Notes: generated from the letters alone by a model not told the origin. Positions 18,489 to 29,167 are shown, counted from the stretch's first letter. The stretch: 64,000 bases of DNA from Cyanophyceae cyanobacterium (GCA_038321985.1 JBBQFN010000003.1:64001-128000), one strand, 5' to 3'. Numbers and translations are program-made.

Positions 18489-21191
18489 TCAACTGGTGGC
18501 AGCAGAACGAACCAGGATCACCGTACAATTGCAGTTACGGGCGATCGCCTCGGGAATATTGCCTTTAACCACTGAATGCAGCAATCCTTCGCGACTGGCC
18601 CCCAGGACAATCACATCACATTGGTCTTTCTGTGCCAGGTCAAGCAAAGCATCCTGGACGGAGTTCGCGCATAGGGAGGTAGAAATCACGGGACAGGTGA
18701 CTTGATTTTCCAGAATGGCGATCGCCTGGTTGAGGACCCCCTTATCTCCCGGGGTGGCTCCCGGTCCAAACACTTGACACAGACGGATTTCTGGATTACT
18801 GGAGATCGCCACCAATCCGGGCAGTAGTTTTACCGTGGCGATCGCACTTGGCCCCCCCCGAATGGGGACTAACCACCGTTGGAACGAAAGATTAGAGGGG
18901 AGAGTGCGATTTATTTCTGTTGTCGAGGCAGAAATCTTGGCTGGACGCCTACTTTCCGGCCTCCGGCGTGAGGGTGGGAAGGAGGTTTTGCCCATTTTGA
19001 CCAAAATCGTATCGCAAGGGGCTTGGCGAATCATGGTATCGGCTACATCACCAAAAATTCGCCCGGGAGTTCCGGTACTGCCTTTCCATCCCATCAACAT
19101 CAGATCGATATGTCGCTCATTAATGGTTTCCAGCATTGCCTGGGCCACATCGTGAGCCACCCTCACTTGAGTATGAACGGGGACATTCCAATCCCGACCC
19201 ATGCGTTCGGCAAGGCGCAATAATCGGCGAGAAGGGATAGTTTTGACTAAGGTTTCATCCGGGGACTGATGACGGGAAATAACTATCGTTTGTAGACATT
19301 CGATTTCATAATTGCGCTGATGGGCGATCGCCACGGCTAAGCGCAGTAAGGCGGGTGCAGTCTCAGGATTAGCAAGGGGAACGAGTAATCGACCTTGACC
19401 TGTTGCCGGCGATCGCGTCTGGTAAACCAAATAAGAGGGTTCCGGATGCGGCCCAAATCCCTGTTTTCCGGTGATGCGATCGCTTTCGGCCCGAATGATA
19501 TCTGTGCGAGTGATAATCCCCACCAGCTTTTTCCCTTCCGTCACTGGCAGGCGGCTAAGATTGTAGCGGTTGAGTTGAAATAGCACTTCCATCAGGGTAT
19601 CCCGAGGCGAAACTTTCACCGCCTGGGGAGTCATAATCTTTTGGAGGATGGCATCCGGGGCCAAATTCAGCTTAGAGATTTTTGCCAAATCCGACTGGGC
19701 GACCATTCCGACTAACTTACCCGCATCTAAGACTGGAAATCCGCGATGATGAGAACGGGAGAATGCCTGAACGACTTCCTCGATAGAAGTTTGGCTAGTC
19801 AGGGTTTCTACCCGCCGCTGCATAACATCGGCAGCGCGAATCTCACTTAAAATTGCATTCGGGGTTTCTTCGAGTTTGAGGTCGATGCCATTGAGTTGGA
19901 GCAATTTATCGTAGAGAGATCCACGGGCGGCCATTTCCGCTACGAAGTAAGACACCACCGAACCAATCATCAGAGGCAGAACTAAATTAAAGTCCGTGGT
20001 AATCTCAAAAATCATGACCACGGCGGTGATAGGCGCTTTGGAGACTGCACAGAAAAAAGCCCCCATTCCCGCCAGAGCATAAGTCGTGGGCAATCCTGCA
20101 CCCAGGATTGTAAATTGCCAGATGCCGACAAGATACCCCAGGGCCGAACCTAGAATTAGGGATGGAGCGAATAAACCCCCGGGTGCACCGGATCCAGCAG
20201 CAATAATCGTAAGGCAAAAGTGACTAATGAAGGCGATCGCCGAGGCAGCTGCCGTGGGGGACCCGGTAATCAGGAACTCCCGCAAGCCACTATTGTTGCG
20301 AAATAATGGGGGTAACAGGGCGATCGCCACCCCGCAGATTAATCCCGCCAGTCCCATCCGCCAGGGTAGAGGCACTCGCAGCACTCGACGGTTGAATTTA
20401 ATACTCGCCACAATACCTTGGGTGAAGAGGGTCCCCAGCAAACCCGAGAGAATTCCTAAAACCAGATAAAACGGGATTTCCGGCGCAGTGAATTGGGTTT
20501 GAAAGTCCGTCGCGCTTAAATTTAGGTCCAGACTTTTTCCCCCCAGGATGCGGGAAACAACGGCCCCAATAAACGAAGCTAGGATAGCCGGACCTAGGGA
20601 GAAGCCGGAAATATCATGGAGGAGTTCTTCAACTGCAAACAAAACTCCGGCGAGGGGGGCGTTAAATCCAGCGGCTAAACCCGCGGCTGCACCTGCGGCG
20701 ATGAGTTGTCGCCGGTAATCTGGGGAAGTAGGAAACCAGCGCCCAATCACAGCGGCGATCGCCGCGCCGATTTGCACCGTTGGACCCTGCCGCCCTAAAG
20801 TCAACCCGGACCCGACACTAATCGCGGTACTGACTAATTTAATAAAGGCTACCCGTAAATCTAGGGATAACGGAACCCCAGCTAGTGCGGCCTTCACGTG
20901 GGGAATCCCACTTCCTGACGCTTCTGTAGCGTAGCGTTCGACTAGGAATCCAGAGACTAACCCTCCGATTAGTCCAATGAGTGGTAACCCAATCCAAGGC
21001 GGCATATTAAACGAGGCGTAGATCCGCCACCCTCCTAGCCACCCCACCCCTTGTTTCAGGAAAACCGCTGCTAGTCCTGAGATCAAACCAATCAAACAGG
21101 CTTCAAACAGGGCAAGCTGTTTCGGTCTCAGGAAAAAAGCTTTAAGCCTTGCCACTACCCAACTGTGCGAGGAAAGGGAAGGGAGCCACAT
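18489..21191 (-). CDS. ClC chloride channel/antiporter with CBS pair and two USP domains
   Basis: GSGIPH, GRQGPTVQ, GGLFAP signatures; CBS (HHRGFPV, LSRLPV); USP (LLVPLAN, VIVLGASREG). Confidence 0.93.
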   Translation of the reverse strand: MWLPSLSSHSWVVARLKAFFLRPKQLALFEACLIGLISGLAAVFLKQGVGWLGGWRIYASFNMPPWIGLPLIGLIGGLVSGFLVERYATEASGSGIPHVKAALAGVPLSLDLRVAFIKLVSTAISVGSGLTLGRQGPTVQIGAAIAAVIGRWFPTSPDYRRQLIAAGAAAGLAAGFNAPLAGVLFAVEELLHDISGFSLGPAILASFIGAVVSRILGGKSLDLNLSATDFQTQFTAPEIPFYLVLGILSGLLGTLFTQGIVASIKFNRRVLRVPLPWRMGLAGLICGVAIALLPPLFRNNSGLREFLITGSPTAAASAIAFISHFCLTIIAAGSGAPGGLFAPSLILGSALGYLVGIWQFTILGAGLPTTYALAGMGAFFCAVSKAPITAVVMIFEITTDFNLVLPLMIGSVVSYFVAEMAARGSLYDKLLQLNGIDLKLEETPNAILSEIRAADVMQRRVETLTSQTSIEEVVQAFSRSHHRGFPVLDAGKLVGMVAQSDLAKISKLNLAPDAILQKIMTPQAVKVSPRDTLMEVLFQLNRYNLSRLPVTEGKKLVGIITRTDIIRAESDRITGKQGFGPHPEPSYLVYQTRSPATGQGRLLVPLANPETAPALLRLAVAIAHQRNYEIECLQTIVISRHQSPDETLVKTIPSRRLLRLAERMGRDWNVPVHTQVRVAHDVAQAMLETINERHIDLMLMGWKGSTGTPGRIFGDVADTMIRQAPCDTILVKMGKTSFPPSRRRPESRRPAKISASTTEINRTLPSNLSFQRWLVPIRGGPSAIATVKLLPGLVAISSNPEIRLCQVFGPGATPGDKGVLNQAIAILENQVTCPVISTSLCANSVQDALLDLAQKDQCDVIVLGASREGLLHSVVKGNIPEAIARNCNCTVILVRSAATS

Positions 21192-21564
21192 AATCTAGTT
21201 TGATATGCTATGGAATCCGGCTTGAAAAGTCTAATTTTAAGAGCAATGCTAGGGGGTTGGTTCTTCTAACCGCACCCCGTCGGGGGTCAGTTTTTTAATG
21301 GAACCCCCCGACTTCCTCCTTTTTAGTTTTAATTGAATTTAAAACCCTCTTCCTGGATGGCTTTTTAACAGAAACTGACCTTAATATGGCAGGAAGATTG
21401 GAAAACTGGAAAACTTTATCTGAATACAGCGAGGAAAATTTTTTTAGACAACTCGAAATGGAGCGTCAATTCTGATGCACTGACCAATGCAGTAATAAAA
21501 GCCCGTTAAGGGCGAGGGGCGATCGGGAGAAAGGGGGCATTCCCCCAGTCGCGAACCGTCAAAT

Positions 21565-22878
21565 TTAATAGGTTTTTCCCGTAACTGAGAGACCCTCTAA
21601 AATCAGAGAAGGCGTGTAGCAAGCACCATTCCACTCGGCATCGCAACCGATGTCTACTACTTGCTTGAGAGCAGTATAGACATTTCCAGCCACCATCGTA
21701 TCTTTAACTCGCCCGATTACCTGGCCCTTTTGGACCCGGAAACCGAGGTCTATATTAATGGAAAAATCCCCAGAAATTCCCGTCGTGCCACCGAGCATCT
21801 GATCCACGACGATCGCCTCATCTAATTCTGTAATCAGTTCCGCTAAAGATTTAGAACCCGGTTGAATCAGCCAGTTAAACAGACCGGGAGTCGGATAACT
21901 GCCCAAACCGGGGCGAAAACCGTTTCCCGTCGTGCCGATTCCCAGCAATGCTCCGGTGGTGCGATCGCTGTAAAAATGCTGCAACACCCCATTTTGAATA
22001 AAAATGATGCGTTGAGTGGGCGTTCCTTCATCGTCAAAGGGACAGCTATAAGGCCCCGAATCGGGTTCTTGGGAAATAGTCAAGGACTCCGAGACAATCG
22101 ACGAACCGAGGCGATCGCTCCAGGGTGAGGATTGCTCCAATACCCGCTTGCCGTTGAGCGCTTCTTGGACCGTTCCCCACAGCATATCCGCCGCTTTTGC
22201 CGTAAATAAAATCGGCACCCGGCCACTGATAGGGGGGGCGCTCTCTTCACTCCAACCCAACCGTTGCAAAATTTGTTGAGCCACCCCCATCGGTTCCAGG
22301 CGTCCGCGTTGGGTTTGGCCGTCCGATACGCTCAAAAAATCTTCCGCGCGTACCCAGTCTGCGGATAAGTAGCAATTTAGGGTGGTGTCTTTATAGCTAC
22401 AATCGAGACCCTGTGAGTTAATCAAGCGGGTGGTTTCGCTATCGCAATCCCATTCGCCATTGCACAGAATTTCGGGATAGGCGTCGCGAATCAAGGCGAT
22501 CGCCTCTTTTCCCCAGTCGAGTAACTGTTCCACCGCCACGATTTCCCCTAAATCGGGGTAGGATGCGGAACGGTTTTCCGTCATCTCAATGGTTTCTGGC
22601 TGATTTAAGTCACTCAAGGCGATCGCGCGATCAACCAAGGATTGCGGGTCTACCGGCCCGTAGGCAACCGCTAAACCCGGACGCCCGTTTTTCCAAATTC
22701 GCAGCGCCGTGCCTTCTGACTGGGCGCTTTCGAGTTGTTTGAGACGATTTGCCTCAAAATAGACAGGCCGAGAGTGTGACTGTGACTGAAACACCTCCGC
22801 TGCCTCGACCCCCGCTCGCTTTGCCAGATCTAAGAGCTGTTCTGGCAGTTCCTCTACTTGCAAATGTTCAGACCCCAT
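21565..22878 (-). CDS. TldD/PmbA family protein (PmbA/TldE-like)
   Basis: PFDDEGTPT, TTGNGFR, ISGDFS, MVAGNVY; no HExxH. Confidence 0.88.
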   Translation of the reverse strand: MGSEHLQVEELPEQLLDLAKRAGVEAAEVFQSQSHSRPVYFEANRLKQLESAQSEGTALRIWKNGRPGLAVAYGPVDPQSLVDRAIALSDLNQPETIEMTENRSASYPDLGEIVAVEQLLDWGKEAIALIRDAYPEILCNGEWDCDSETTRLINSQGLDCSYKDTTLNCYLSADWVRAEDFLSVSDGQTQRGRLEPMGVAQQILQRLGWSEESAPPISGRVPILFTAKAADMLWGTVQEALNGKRVLEQSSPWSDRLGSSIVSESLTISQEPDSGPYSCPFDDEGTPTQRIIFIQNGVLQHFYSDRTTGALLGIGTTGNGFRPGLGSYPTPGLFNWLIQPGSKSLAELITELDEAIVVDQMLGGTTGISGDFSINIDLGFRVQKGQVIGRVKDTMVAGNVYTALKQVVDIGCDAEWNGACYTPSLILEGLSVTGKTY

Positions 22879-22903
22879 GAGAATTCAAGGATGAAGATTG
22901 ATC

Positions 22904-22931
22904 AAGGGTGAAGGGTGAACCGTGAAGGGTA
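22904..22931 (+). repeat. Short tandem heptamer repeat (STRR-like)
   Basis: AAGGGTG AAGGGTG AACCGTG AAGGGTA. Confidence 0.6.
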
Positions 22932-23019
22932 AAATCATCAAACATCTTTCCCCAACAGGTCACACTTGTAGAGCGCAACCGTATTTTGCTGGCGCGACAA
23001 GACTTCACACTCCACAACT

Positions 23020-23898
23020 TTACGACAGATTGAGTTCCTGTAATAGCCAAAATCCTGCAAAAGATTCAGAATTGGGATCAGTTTGGATCGCTAAAAAATG
23101 AACCCCCTGGGCTTTATCCTTGGTTTCCGCAAATCCGGCAGCTTCAGCGCGGGTGGTTTTATCCGTTAAATTGGCGAGAATCCATCGTTCATTAAAACCC
23201 GTTTCTAAAACGATTTGTCCCGGAGGCTCAAGTTCAGGTTTCAGAAAGCCTAACTCTAATCCCGACATCCACCCCCCTAGGGCTTTTGCCCGATTTGAGA
23301 ATACGATCAGCCCCGGAATTTTTGTTTCGGGAGTAAGCTGAGGTACTAAACTTTTTTCACCTAAAATAGGAAAGGCTTCTCCAAAGTCAATCTCCCATTC
23401 GGCCATTTCTGCAAAGGTACCCGCCTCTAAGGTCACAAATGCCCAGCGATCGCCCTGGAGGGCATCGGGAAGGCGTTCTGGTTTCGGCGTATCAAATTGC
23501 ACCGAAGGGGTCATCCCAGCTCCTTGAAACCCCGTTTCTAGGGGATAAACGGTATCCATCCGTTCCTGCAACCAACGGTAAAGGGCGACCGTGCGCCGGG
23601 AGGGTTTAGGGGTAATTCCCAAATCCTGACAGGCTTTTGTGATCATATTGTTCATCTGGCGACGGAAAAAGCGAATCTGCGTCGGCGGTTTCTGCGCCTT
23701 GGCGATCGCCTCGGTGATGGCATCGGTTAACCACAGGGAATTGACTTCGCTACTGGAACAATATTTTGAAAAGCGCAACAAATCTTTAGTGGAGCAGGTA
23801 TCGGTCGGACTCTCACAGATGAGCACTTCCCAGCGTTTTTTGCCATTCTCATCGAGAATCGGTTTGGAATAAAAATCTAGTTCCCATGTTTTGCTCAT
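23020..23898 (-). CDS. Tab2/Atab2-family RNA-binding protein
   Basis: WELDFYSKPILDENGKKRWEVLIC, VNSLWL, GVHFLAIQ..FAGFWLL. Confidence 0.9.
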   Translation of the reverse strand: MSKTWELDFYSKPILDENGKKRWEVLICESPTDTCSTKDLLRFSKYCSSSEVNSLWLTDAITEAIAKAQKPPTQIRFFRRQMNNMITKACQDLGITPKPSRRTVALYRWLQERMDTVYPLETGFQGAGMTPSVQFDTPKPERLPDALQGDRWAFVTLEAGTFAEMAEWEIDFGEAFPILGEKSLVPQLTPETKIPGLIVFSNRAKALGGWMSGLELGFLKPELEPPGQIVLETGFNERWILANLTDKTTRAEAAGFAETKDKAQGVHFLAIQTDPNSESFAGFWLLQELNLS

Positions 23899-23967
23899 CG
23901 CTATTTTGCGCCGTTTTCCCAGCCTACTATCTCTATGAGCGATCGTATCATTAACTGGAGTTTATCT

Positions 23968-24990
23968 ATGATTCAGATTGACGGCTCGTTTGGGGAAGGT
24001 GGGGGGCAGGTCCTGCGAACTGCCCTAAGTCTGGCGACCCTGACGGGTACTCCCCTCACTCTCGATCACATTCGCGCCGGACGCCCAAAACCGGGTTTAG
24101 CGGCTCAACACTTGACCGGGGTCCGTGCTGCTGCGGCCCTGTGCAATGCTGATGTTCACGGGGACTCCCTGGGGTCCACTCGTTTAGAATTCGTTCCCCA
24201 AACCCCTCCTCAAAGAGGTCACTATCGTTTTGATGTGACCACCGCAGGGGCGGTGAGTTTAGTCTTACAGACGATTTTGCTGCCCTTGGCCCTCACTCCA
24301 GGAGAGTCCGTGGTTACCCTCTGCGGCGGCACCCATGTCGCGTTTAGTCCATCGTTACCCTATATTCAAGAGGTTTACTTACCGGCGATCGCTCGCATGG
24401 GAGTATCAGCCGAAGTAACATTAGTCAAGTGGGGTTGGTATCCCCGAGGCGGTGGAGAAATCCAACTTCGGGTGAGAGGGGGCAATCCCCTATGCGGACT
24501 CAATCTCAAGGAACGGGGCAAATTTCAGCAGGTGAGAGGATTGGCTGCGGTTACTGAACTCCCCTCTCACATCCCGCAACGTATCGCTAATCGTGCCGAA
24601 AATCGCCTGCGTGAGGCCCATCTCAAAGCCCAGGTACAAACCGCCCGGGAAAAGGGCATTGCTCCCGGTGCCGGTCTATTTTTGACGGCGGAATACAGCA
24701 ATAGCACCGCCGGATTTAGCGCTCTAGGTAAACAGGGATTGCCTTCGGATCAAGTGGCAGATATCGCCTGTGATGCGCTGTTGGAATTTCACCAAACCGG
24801 TGCCGCTTGCGATCGCTATCTTGCGGATCAACTATTATTACCGGCTGCCTTAGCCTCTTCTCCAACTTACTATCATGCCGAAGTCATTTCTTTACATTTA
24901 ACCACCAATGCCGGGGTGATTGAACAGTTTGGTTTGGCCCACATCGAAATCGACCCCGACCAAAAAATGGTCTCAGTTTTTCCACAATAA
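23968..24990 (+). CDS. rtcA: RNA 3'-terminal phosphate cyclase
   Basis: IDGSFGEGGGQVLRTAL, RAGRPKPGLAAQHL, GGTH, GWYPRGGG, DQLLL, HLTTN; ATG 23968 after GGAG. Confidence 0.93.
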   Translation: MIQIDGSFGEGGGQVLRTALSLATLTGTPLTLDHIRAGRPKPGLAAQHLTGVRAAAALCNADVHGDSLGSTRLEFVPQTPPQRGHYRFDVTTAGAVSLVLQTILLPLALTPGESVVTLCGGTHVAFSPSLPYIQEVYLPAIARMGVSAEVTLVKWGWYPRGGGEIQLRVRGGNPLCGLNLKERGKFQQVRGLAAVTELPSHIPQRIANRAENRLREAHLKAQVQTAREKGIAPGAGLFLTAEYSNSTAGFSALGKQGLPSDQVADIACDALLEFHQTGAACDRYLADQLLLPAALASSPTYYHAEVISLHLTTNAGVIEQFGLAHIEIDPDQKMVSVFPQ

Positions 24991-25083
24991 GCTATTTTTT
25001 CTTTATTTTTCTGCTTCATTTGACCCTCAAATAATGCACCCTAATTGACTAAAATAAGATGAAATGGATGCTAAAAATAACCC

Positions 25084-25785
25084 TTAAAAACAGCGAATCA
25101 AACTATTCACAGAAACAAATCCTTTAATCGGAGCTTCTATCTCTACCCAAGAGCGTTGTATTCCACCGGGATCGGGAATATATTCGTAATCTTCAATCAG
25201 TTGCACTCGCCCATTAGCAGGAACTCCTCCTAGATACTGAGAAGGACCGGAAACGGCGGAACGAATAGCCAGACCCTGGGGTGTAACCAGCCCATTCACT
25301 TGGCGGCAGAACTGACCATTGGGAATATCTGGAGTCTGAGAAACAGGGGGTGGTGATGTAGGAGTAGCTGCCGTGGGTGGTGATGTAGGAGTAGCAACTG
25401 GCGTGGATTGTGATGTAGGAGTAGCGGGCGTGGGTCTGGCACCCCCAGAACAGTAAGCGAGATTGCCGCCGCTATTGGGTTGTCCATTGGAAATATAGCC
25501 TTCAACGGGTGCCGTGATTTTAATCCAGATGCGACCATCTGAACCGACGATAGGTTCGGCATCGTTTGCTAAGGTGACGTTACCGTTGTAGTCTACGCCG
25601 CCAATTTGGGTTTGACTAGGGTCGGGGGTACGATGGACGGCCAGACCCCTGCGTTCACTGACGCGGCGGCAAAGATCAGCGGGTTGTGTCTGGGCGATCG
25701 CAGAGGAAGAGAGACCTTGGTCATGGGCGATCGTAATGACACTTAAGATTGCTATGGGTATTATCCCTGGATTTAGCACGTTCAT
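25084..25785 (-). CDS. Secreted protein with two Cys-flanked SH3-like modules and Pro/Thr linker
   Basis: Signal-like N-terminus; modules CRxV..GLAxxx.P..GGV..W(I/V)xIxxPxxG(Y/F)(I/V)S..C; ATPTS repeats. Confidence 0.7.
   Translation of the reverse strand: MNVLNPGIIPIAILSVITIAHDQGLSSSAIAQTQPADLCRRVSERRGLAVHRTPDPSQTQIGGVDYNGNVTLANDAEPIVGSDGRIWIKITAPVEGYISNGQPNSGGNLAYCSGGARPTPATPTSQSTPVATPTSPPTAATPTSPPPVSQTPDIPNGQFCRQVNGLVTPQGLAIRSAVSGPSQYLGGVPANGRVQLIEDYEYIPDPGGIQRSWVEIEAPIKGFVSVNSLIRCF
25350..25426 (-). repeat. Three ~27-nt tandem repeats encoding ATPTS-rich linker
   Basis: GTGATGTAGGAGTAGC core recurs three times at 27-nt spacing. Confidence 0.75.
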
Positions 25786-26139
25786 CGGTTAGGTTTTCTA
25801 TCCCATTCAAACAGTTTCTAGGTTTAATTTTATCTGCAAATCTTTAGTTTAATAAAAAACTTCATGATTTTTAGGGGGAGTGGGTTTAAGGGAATTGGAG
25901 GGGAAGGCATGGAGGTAGTGGTTTAATCTGACGTTCAATTTTCCCAGTCAATTGACTCACCCTATTAGCGGGGAGGGGTTAATTTTGGTTCCCTGGTTAG
26001 AAATATTCGGAAAGGATAGCAAGTCGTTACTAGGGAGATGGGGAAACGACAGCAAGTCGTGACACCGAAAAGAAACGACTAAAATCGTTCCCCAGTTTCC
26101 CAATCTACCTCCTCTCGATGAGGGTCTATCCCATTTCCC

Positions 26140-27072
26140 CTATTGACACATAATTAAACTATCTGTAGATACAAACCCGGAGACAGGGGTCGAAATTTGT
26201 ACCCACTCTCGTGGGCCTCCATTGCTATCGCGGAGGATTTGATAATTTGGGACGAGGGTAATCCGTGCTCTGGGGGGAACAACCCCCAAATAGGCGGCGG
26301 AAGGGTTGGGCTCAGCTCGAATCACTAATCCGTTGGGTGCCTCTCGGCCTTCTACTTCGCGGCAGAGGTTGGCGATTATAGTGGGTGTGGTGGACAGATT
26401 GGGGGAGACTGCTCCGTTACAGTAGATTAAACTTTCGGTGGGAATATATCCGACGATTGGAGAGGAAATTTCCACCCAAGTGCGAGGTTCCCGATTTTGA
26501 TCGGCAATATCCTGGAAGTTCGGCGCGAGTAATACTTGTGCCCCCGGTGCTAATCCGCCGCGATTGGTGGCAAATCGGTTAGCATCAGCATGAACGCTGA
26601 TGCCTTGAGGGGCTAGATTTGAGTCGATCCGACGGCACAGGGATGTGGTTCCGGTAGCAGAAAAAGGGGTTGGACTGGAGAAAGGGGTGGAGCTAACGCT
26701 TCCGGAACAGGGTACAAAATTGCCTGAACTGCCAGGTTCGCCGTTGGAAACGTACCCCGGGACGGGTGAGGTTATTTCAAACCAGACTCGACCATCGGGA
26801 CCGGGAATCTGCCGAGCACTGTCAGCTAGAGTCAGGGTACCGTTATAATCAACTCCCCCGATCGCTGCTGCATTGGCGTTGGGTTGTGCACGGATTGCCA
26901 ATCCCTGTTGTTCGGTGACTTGACGGCAGAGGGTGCCGGTTGCTTGCGCCAGTTGTAAGGGGGGTAAGCTGGCGATCGCATCAGGAGTGGGTCTGTGGAA
27001 CCCGGAAGCGGCGATCGCCCATAGGCCCAGCCCTACGCCTAGAATAGTCCGATTTTTTAACCGTTTCATCAC
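26140..27072 (-). CDS. Secreted protein with three Cys-flanked SH3-like modules
   Basis: Signal peptide; three LCR..GL/ISxxA..GG/GV..WxEI/QIxxPxxG(Y/F)..C modules; paralog of neighbour. Confidence 0.72.
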   Translation of the reverse strand: MMKRLKNRTILGVGLGLWAIAASGFHRPTPDAIASLPPLQLAQATGTLCRQVTEQQGLAIRAQPNANAAAIGGVDYNGTLTLADSARQIPGPDGRVWFEITSPVPGYVSNGEPGSSGNFVPCSGSVSSTPFSSPTPFSATGTTSLCRRIDSNLAPQGISVHADANRFATNRGGLAPGAQVLLAPNFQDIADQNREPRTWVEISSPIVGYIPTESLIYCNGAVSPNLSTTPTIIANLCREVEGREAPNGLVIRAEPNPSAAYLGVVPPRARITLVPNYQILRDSNGGPREWVQISTPVSGFVSTDSLIMCQ

Positions 27073-27332
27073 TGAATTTCTTTCCCTTGCGAAACTGTAT
27101 TTTAATTTTAAGGAGCGATCGCCACAAACGCAGACCTGTTTTCACGATTCCCTCCCTGGTTTGGGGAGATCGTCTCTAGGGGGGGTAATGTTTCCACTCT
27201 TTGCTACTATCCCTCTGAGTGCAGGGATTTACACTTCCACCCGAGGTCAACCTTTCCATCCCATTCTATCCAGATTGCTCTCCCGAAATTTATGTTATAA
27301 CCCACATATCCAACCTTTCTCTCACGGGTTCT

Positions 27333-28391
27333 ATGAAGATAATTAAAGAGGATATCGATTGGGCAGTCGCGGAAAAAATTCTCTCTTCAGAACAAGGAGA
27401 ATCCCTCTGGAACGCACTCCTAAAGCGGACAAGTAACCAAAAAGGCGGATTCAATTTCGCCAATGTTGCTTACTATTTAGGGGCTTTCATCATTCTTTGC
27501 GGTATGACTTGGTTTATGAGTTTAGCTTGGGAGCAGTTTGGTGGAAAAGGTTTGCTCTTCTTAGCTTGTTTTTATGTTTTCTTGTTTATTCTTGCCGGTA
27601 AAACCCTGTGGTTCCAGCAAAATTTAAAAGTTCCCGGCGGACTCCTCTTTACTGTCGCGGTTTGCATGACTCCCCTCGTCATTTATGGACTGCTAACCCA
27701 ACTAAAATTATGGCCGCAACAATACGATCCAGAAAATTATAATTTTTATTTTGTCTCTGATAAAAGTAGCTTAATTCTGATTGAGCTGGGAACAGCTTTG
27801 GCTGGATTGGTCACGCTTAAATTTATAAAATTTCCTTTTTTAACCGCTCCTATCACCCTGGCTTTAGGGTTGTTCTCTCTAGATTTAACTGCTTTATTAA
27901 TGTTTTATCGGACGGGAGAAACCTGGTATTCTGGAGATTATTTAGTTTCTTTTTGGTTTGGAATAGTCTGCTTAATTACGGCTTATTTTTTGGATGTGAA
28001 AACCAGCCAAACCGAAGAAGATTATGCCTTTTGGCTGTATCTATTTGGCTTAATGTCTTTTTGGATTAGCATGACCTTTATGACTAACGGCAGTGAAGGG
28101 CAGCTCTTGATCTATTTTTTAATTAACATTGGCTTAATGCTTTTTTCTGTATTATTGAATCGACGGGTTTTTATTGTATTTGGAGGAATAGGTATTGCCT
28201 ACTACTTATACTATTTATCTTATAGAGTATTTCAGGGTTCTTTATTATTTCCGTTGGCCTTGACGGTATTGGGAATTTTGGTGATTTATGCCGGGGTTCA
28301 GTATCAGCGGAACGAGGAGGCGATCGCACGGTGGATTGTAGGGAGCTTGCCGATGAGTATCCGGAAACTTTTACCGCGTCGGCGATGCTAA
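27333..28391 (+). CDS. Polytopic membrane protein (DUF2157-like)
   Basis: SSEQGESLW N-terminus, YYLGAFIIL, many TM segments, DYAFWLYLFGL. Confidence 0.7.
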   Translation: MKIIKEDIDWAVAEKILSSEQGESLWNALLKRTSNQKGGFNFANVAYYLGAFIILCGMTWFMSLAWEQFGGKGLLFLACFYVFLFILAGKTLWFQQNLKVPGGLLFTVAVCMTPLVIYGLLTQLKLWPQQYDPENYNFYFVSDKSSLILIELGTALAGLVTLKFIKFPFLTAPITLALGLFSLDLTALLMFYRTGETWYSGDYLVSFWFGIVCLITAYFLDVKTSQTEEDYAFWLYLFGLMSFWISMTFMTNGSEGQLLIYFLINIGLMLFSVLLNRRVFIVFGGIGIAYYLYYLSYRVFQGSLLFPLALTVLGILVIYAGVQYQRNEEAIARWIVGSLPMSIRKLLPRRRC

Positions 28392-28498
28392 CTTTAAAAT
28401 AAGCGGTTGAGCATTTAATTTTCTGACAGAATAAAAGCTAGAAGCTCCCACTATAAAACGGGGGTTGATGTCTTTGTACAATTTAGAGGCCGAAGAGC

Positions 28499-28559
28499 TT
28501 AATCTGTGCTTAATTCCCCTTTATTATAACCTAATAAAAAGGAATTAAGCACAGATTAA
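28499..28559. repeat. Long inverted repeat between convergent genes (terminator or MITE-like)
   Basis: TTAATCTGTGCTTAATTCC (28499-28517) and GGAATTAAGCACAGATTAA (28541-28559): perfect 19-bp arms. Confidence 0.8.
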
Positions 28560-28681
28560 AAGGAAATTAACCTTAAGAAAAGGTTGGAATATCGGTGAAA
28601 ATATCTTTTTAATGGAAATTAGAATTAAACTTCCATTCCGGTTTTTACTCTAGCCTTACCTTTTAATTAAAAAAAGTTTTT

Positions 28682-29167
28682 TCAGTCATTTAATCCGGTT
28701 AAACTGTCGGCATAGGGGTTGATAAATTCCGTTTGGAGTAAGGGTGGAGTGCCGTTTTTTTTAGACTGAGAGTTTTGCCCAAGCACCTCTTGTTGGTGGC
28801 GAAGCGCGGGCAGGTGCATTAATTCTTGGCGATAAACTTGGAAAATGCGGTTTAATGAGATGGCGATTCTCTCCCAACTTCCCCGTTCAGTCAATTTGTC
28901 AGCCACTTGTTTAATCAGTTCATCACCTTCGCTATTTTCGACAAAGGCTTGGAGGCGATCGCCATCGGTTAAAACCGTAGCTTGGTAAACTTCTCCCTCG
29001 CACCACCACAATTCCCACTGACTCAGTAACCAAGTTAGCAAGTAGGTTTCTGCATATTGTTCCGTAACCCAACTTGAAATCTGCATAAGCTCCATTTTTG
29101 GTGCATTTAACGGTAAGCGTTGACTCCGGCGATCGCGATCGCTGCTCAGTATATCCCAATCGCTCAC
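28682..29167 (-). CDS. Hypothetical protein
   Basis: 161-aa ORF with GGAG upstream and protein-like composition; no recognised motif. Confidence 0.6.
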   Translation of the reverse strand: MSDWDILSSDRDRRSQRLPLNAPKMELMQISSWVTEQYAETYLLTWLLSQWELWWCEGEVYQATVLTDGDRLQAFVENSEGDELIKQVADKLTERGSWERIAISLNRIFQVYRQELMHLPALRHQQEVLGQNSQSKKNGTPPLLQTEFINPYADSLTGLND

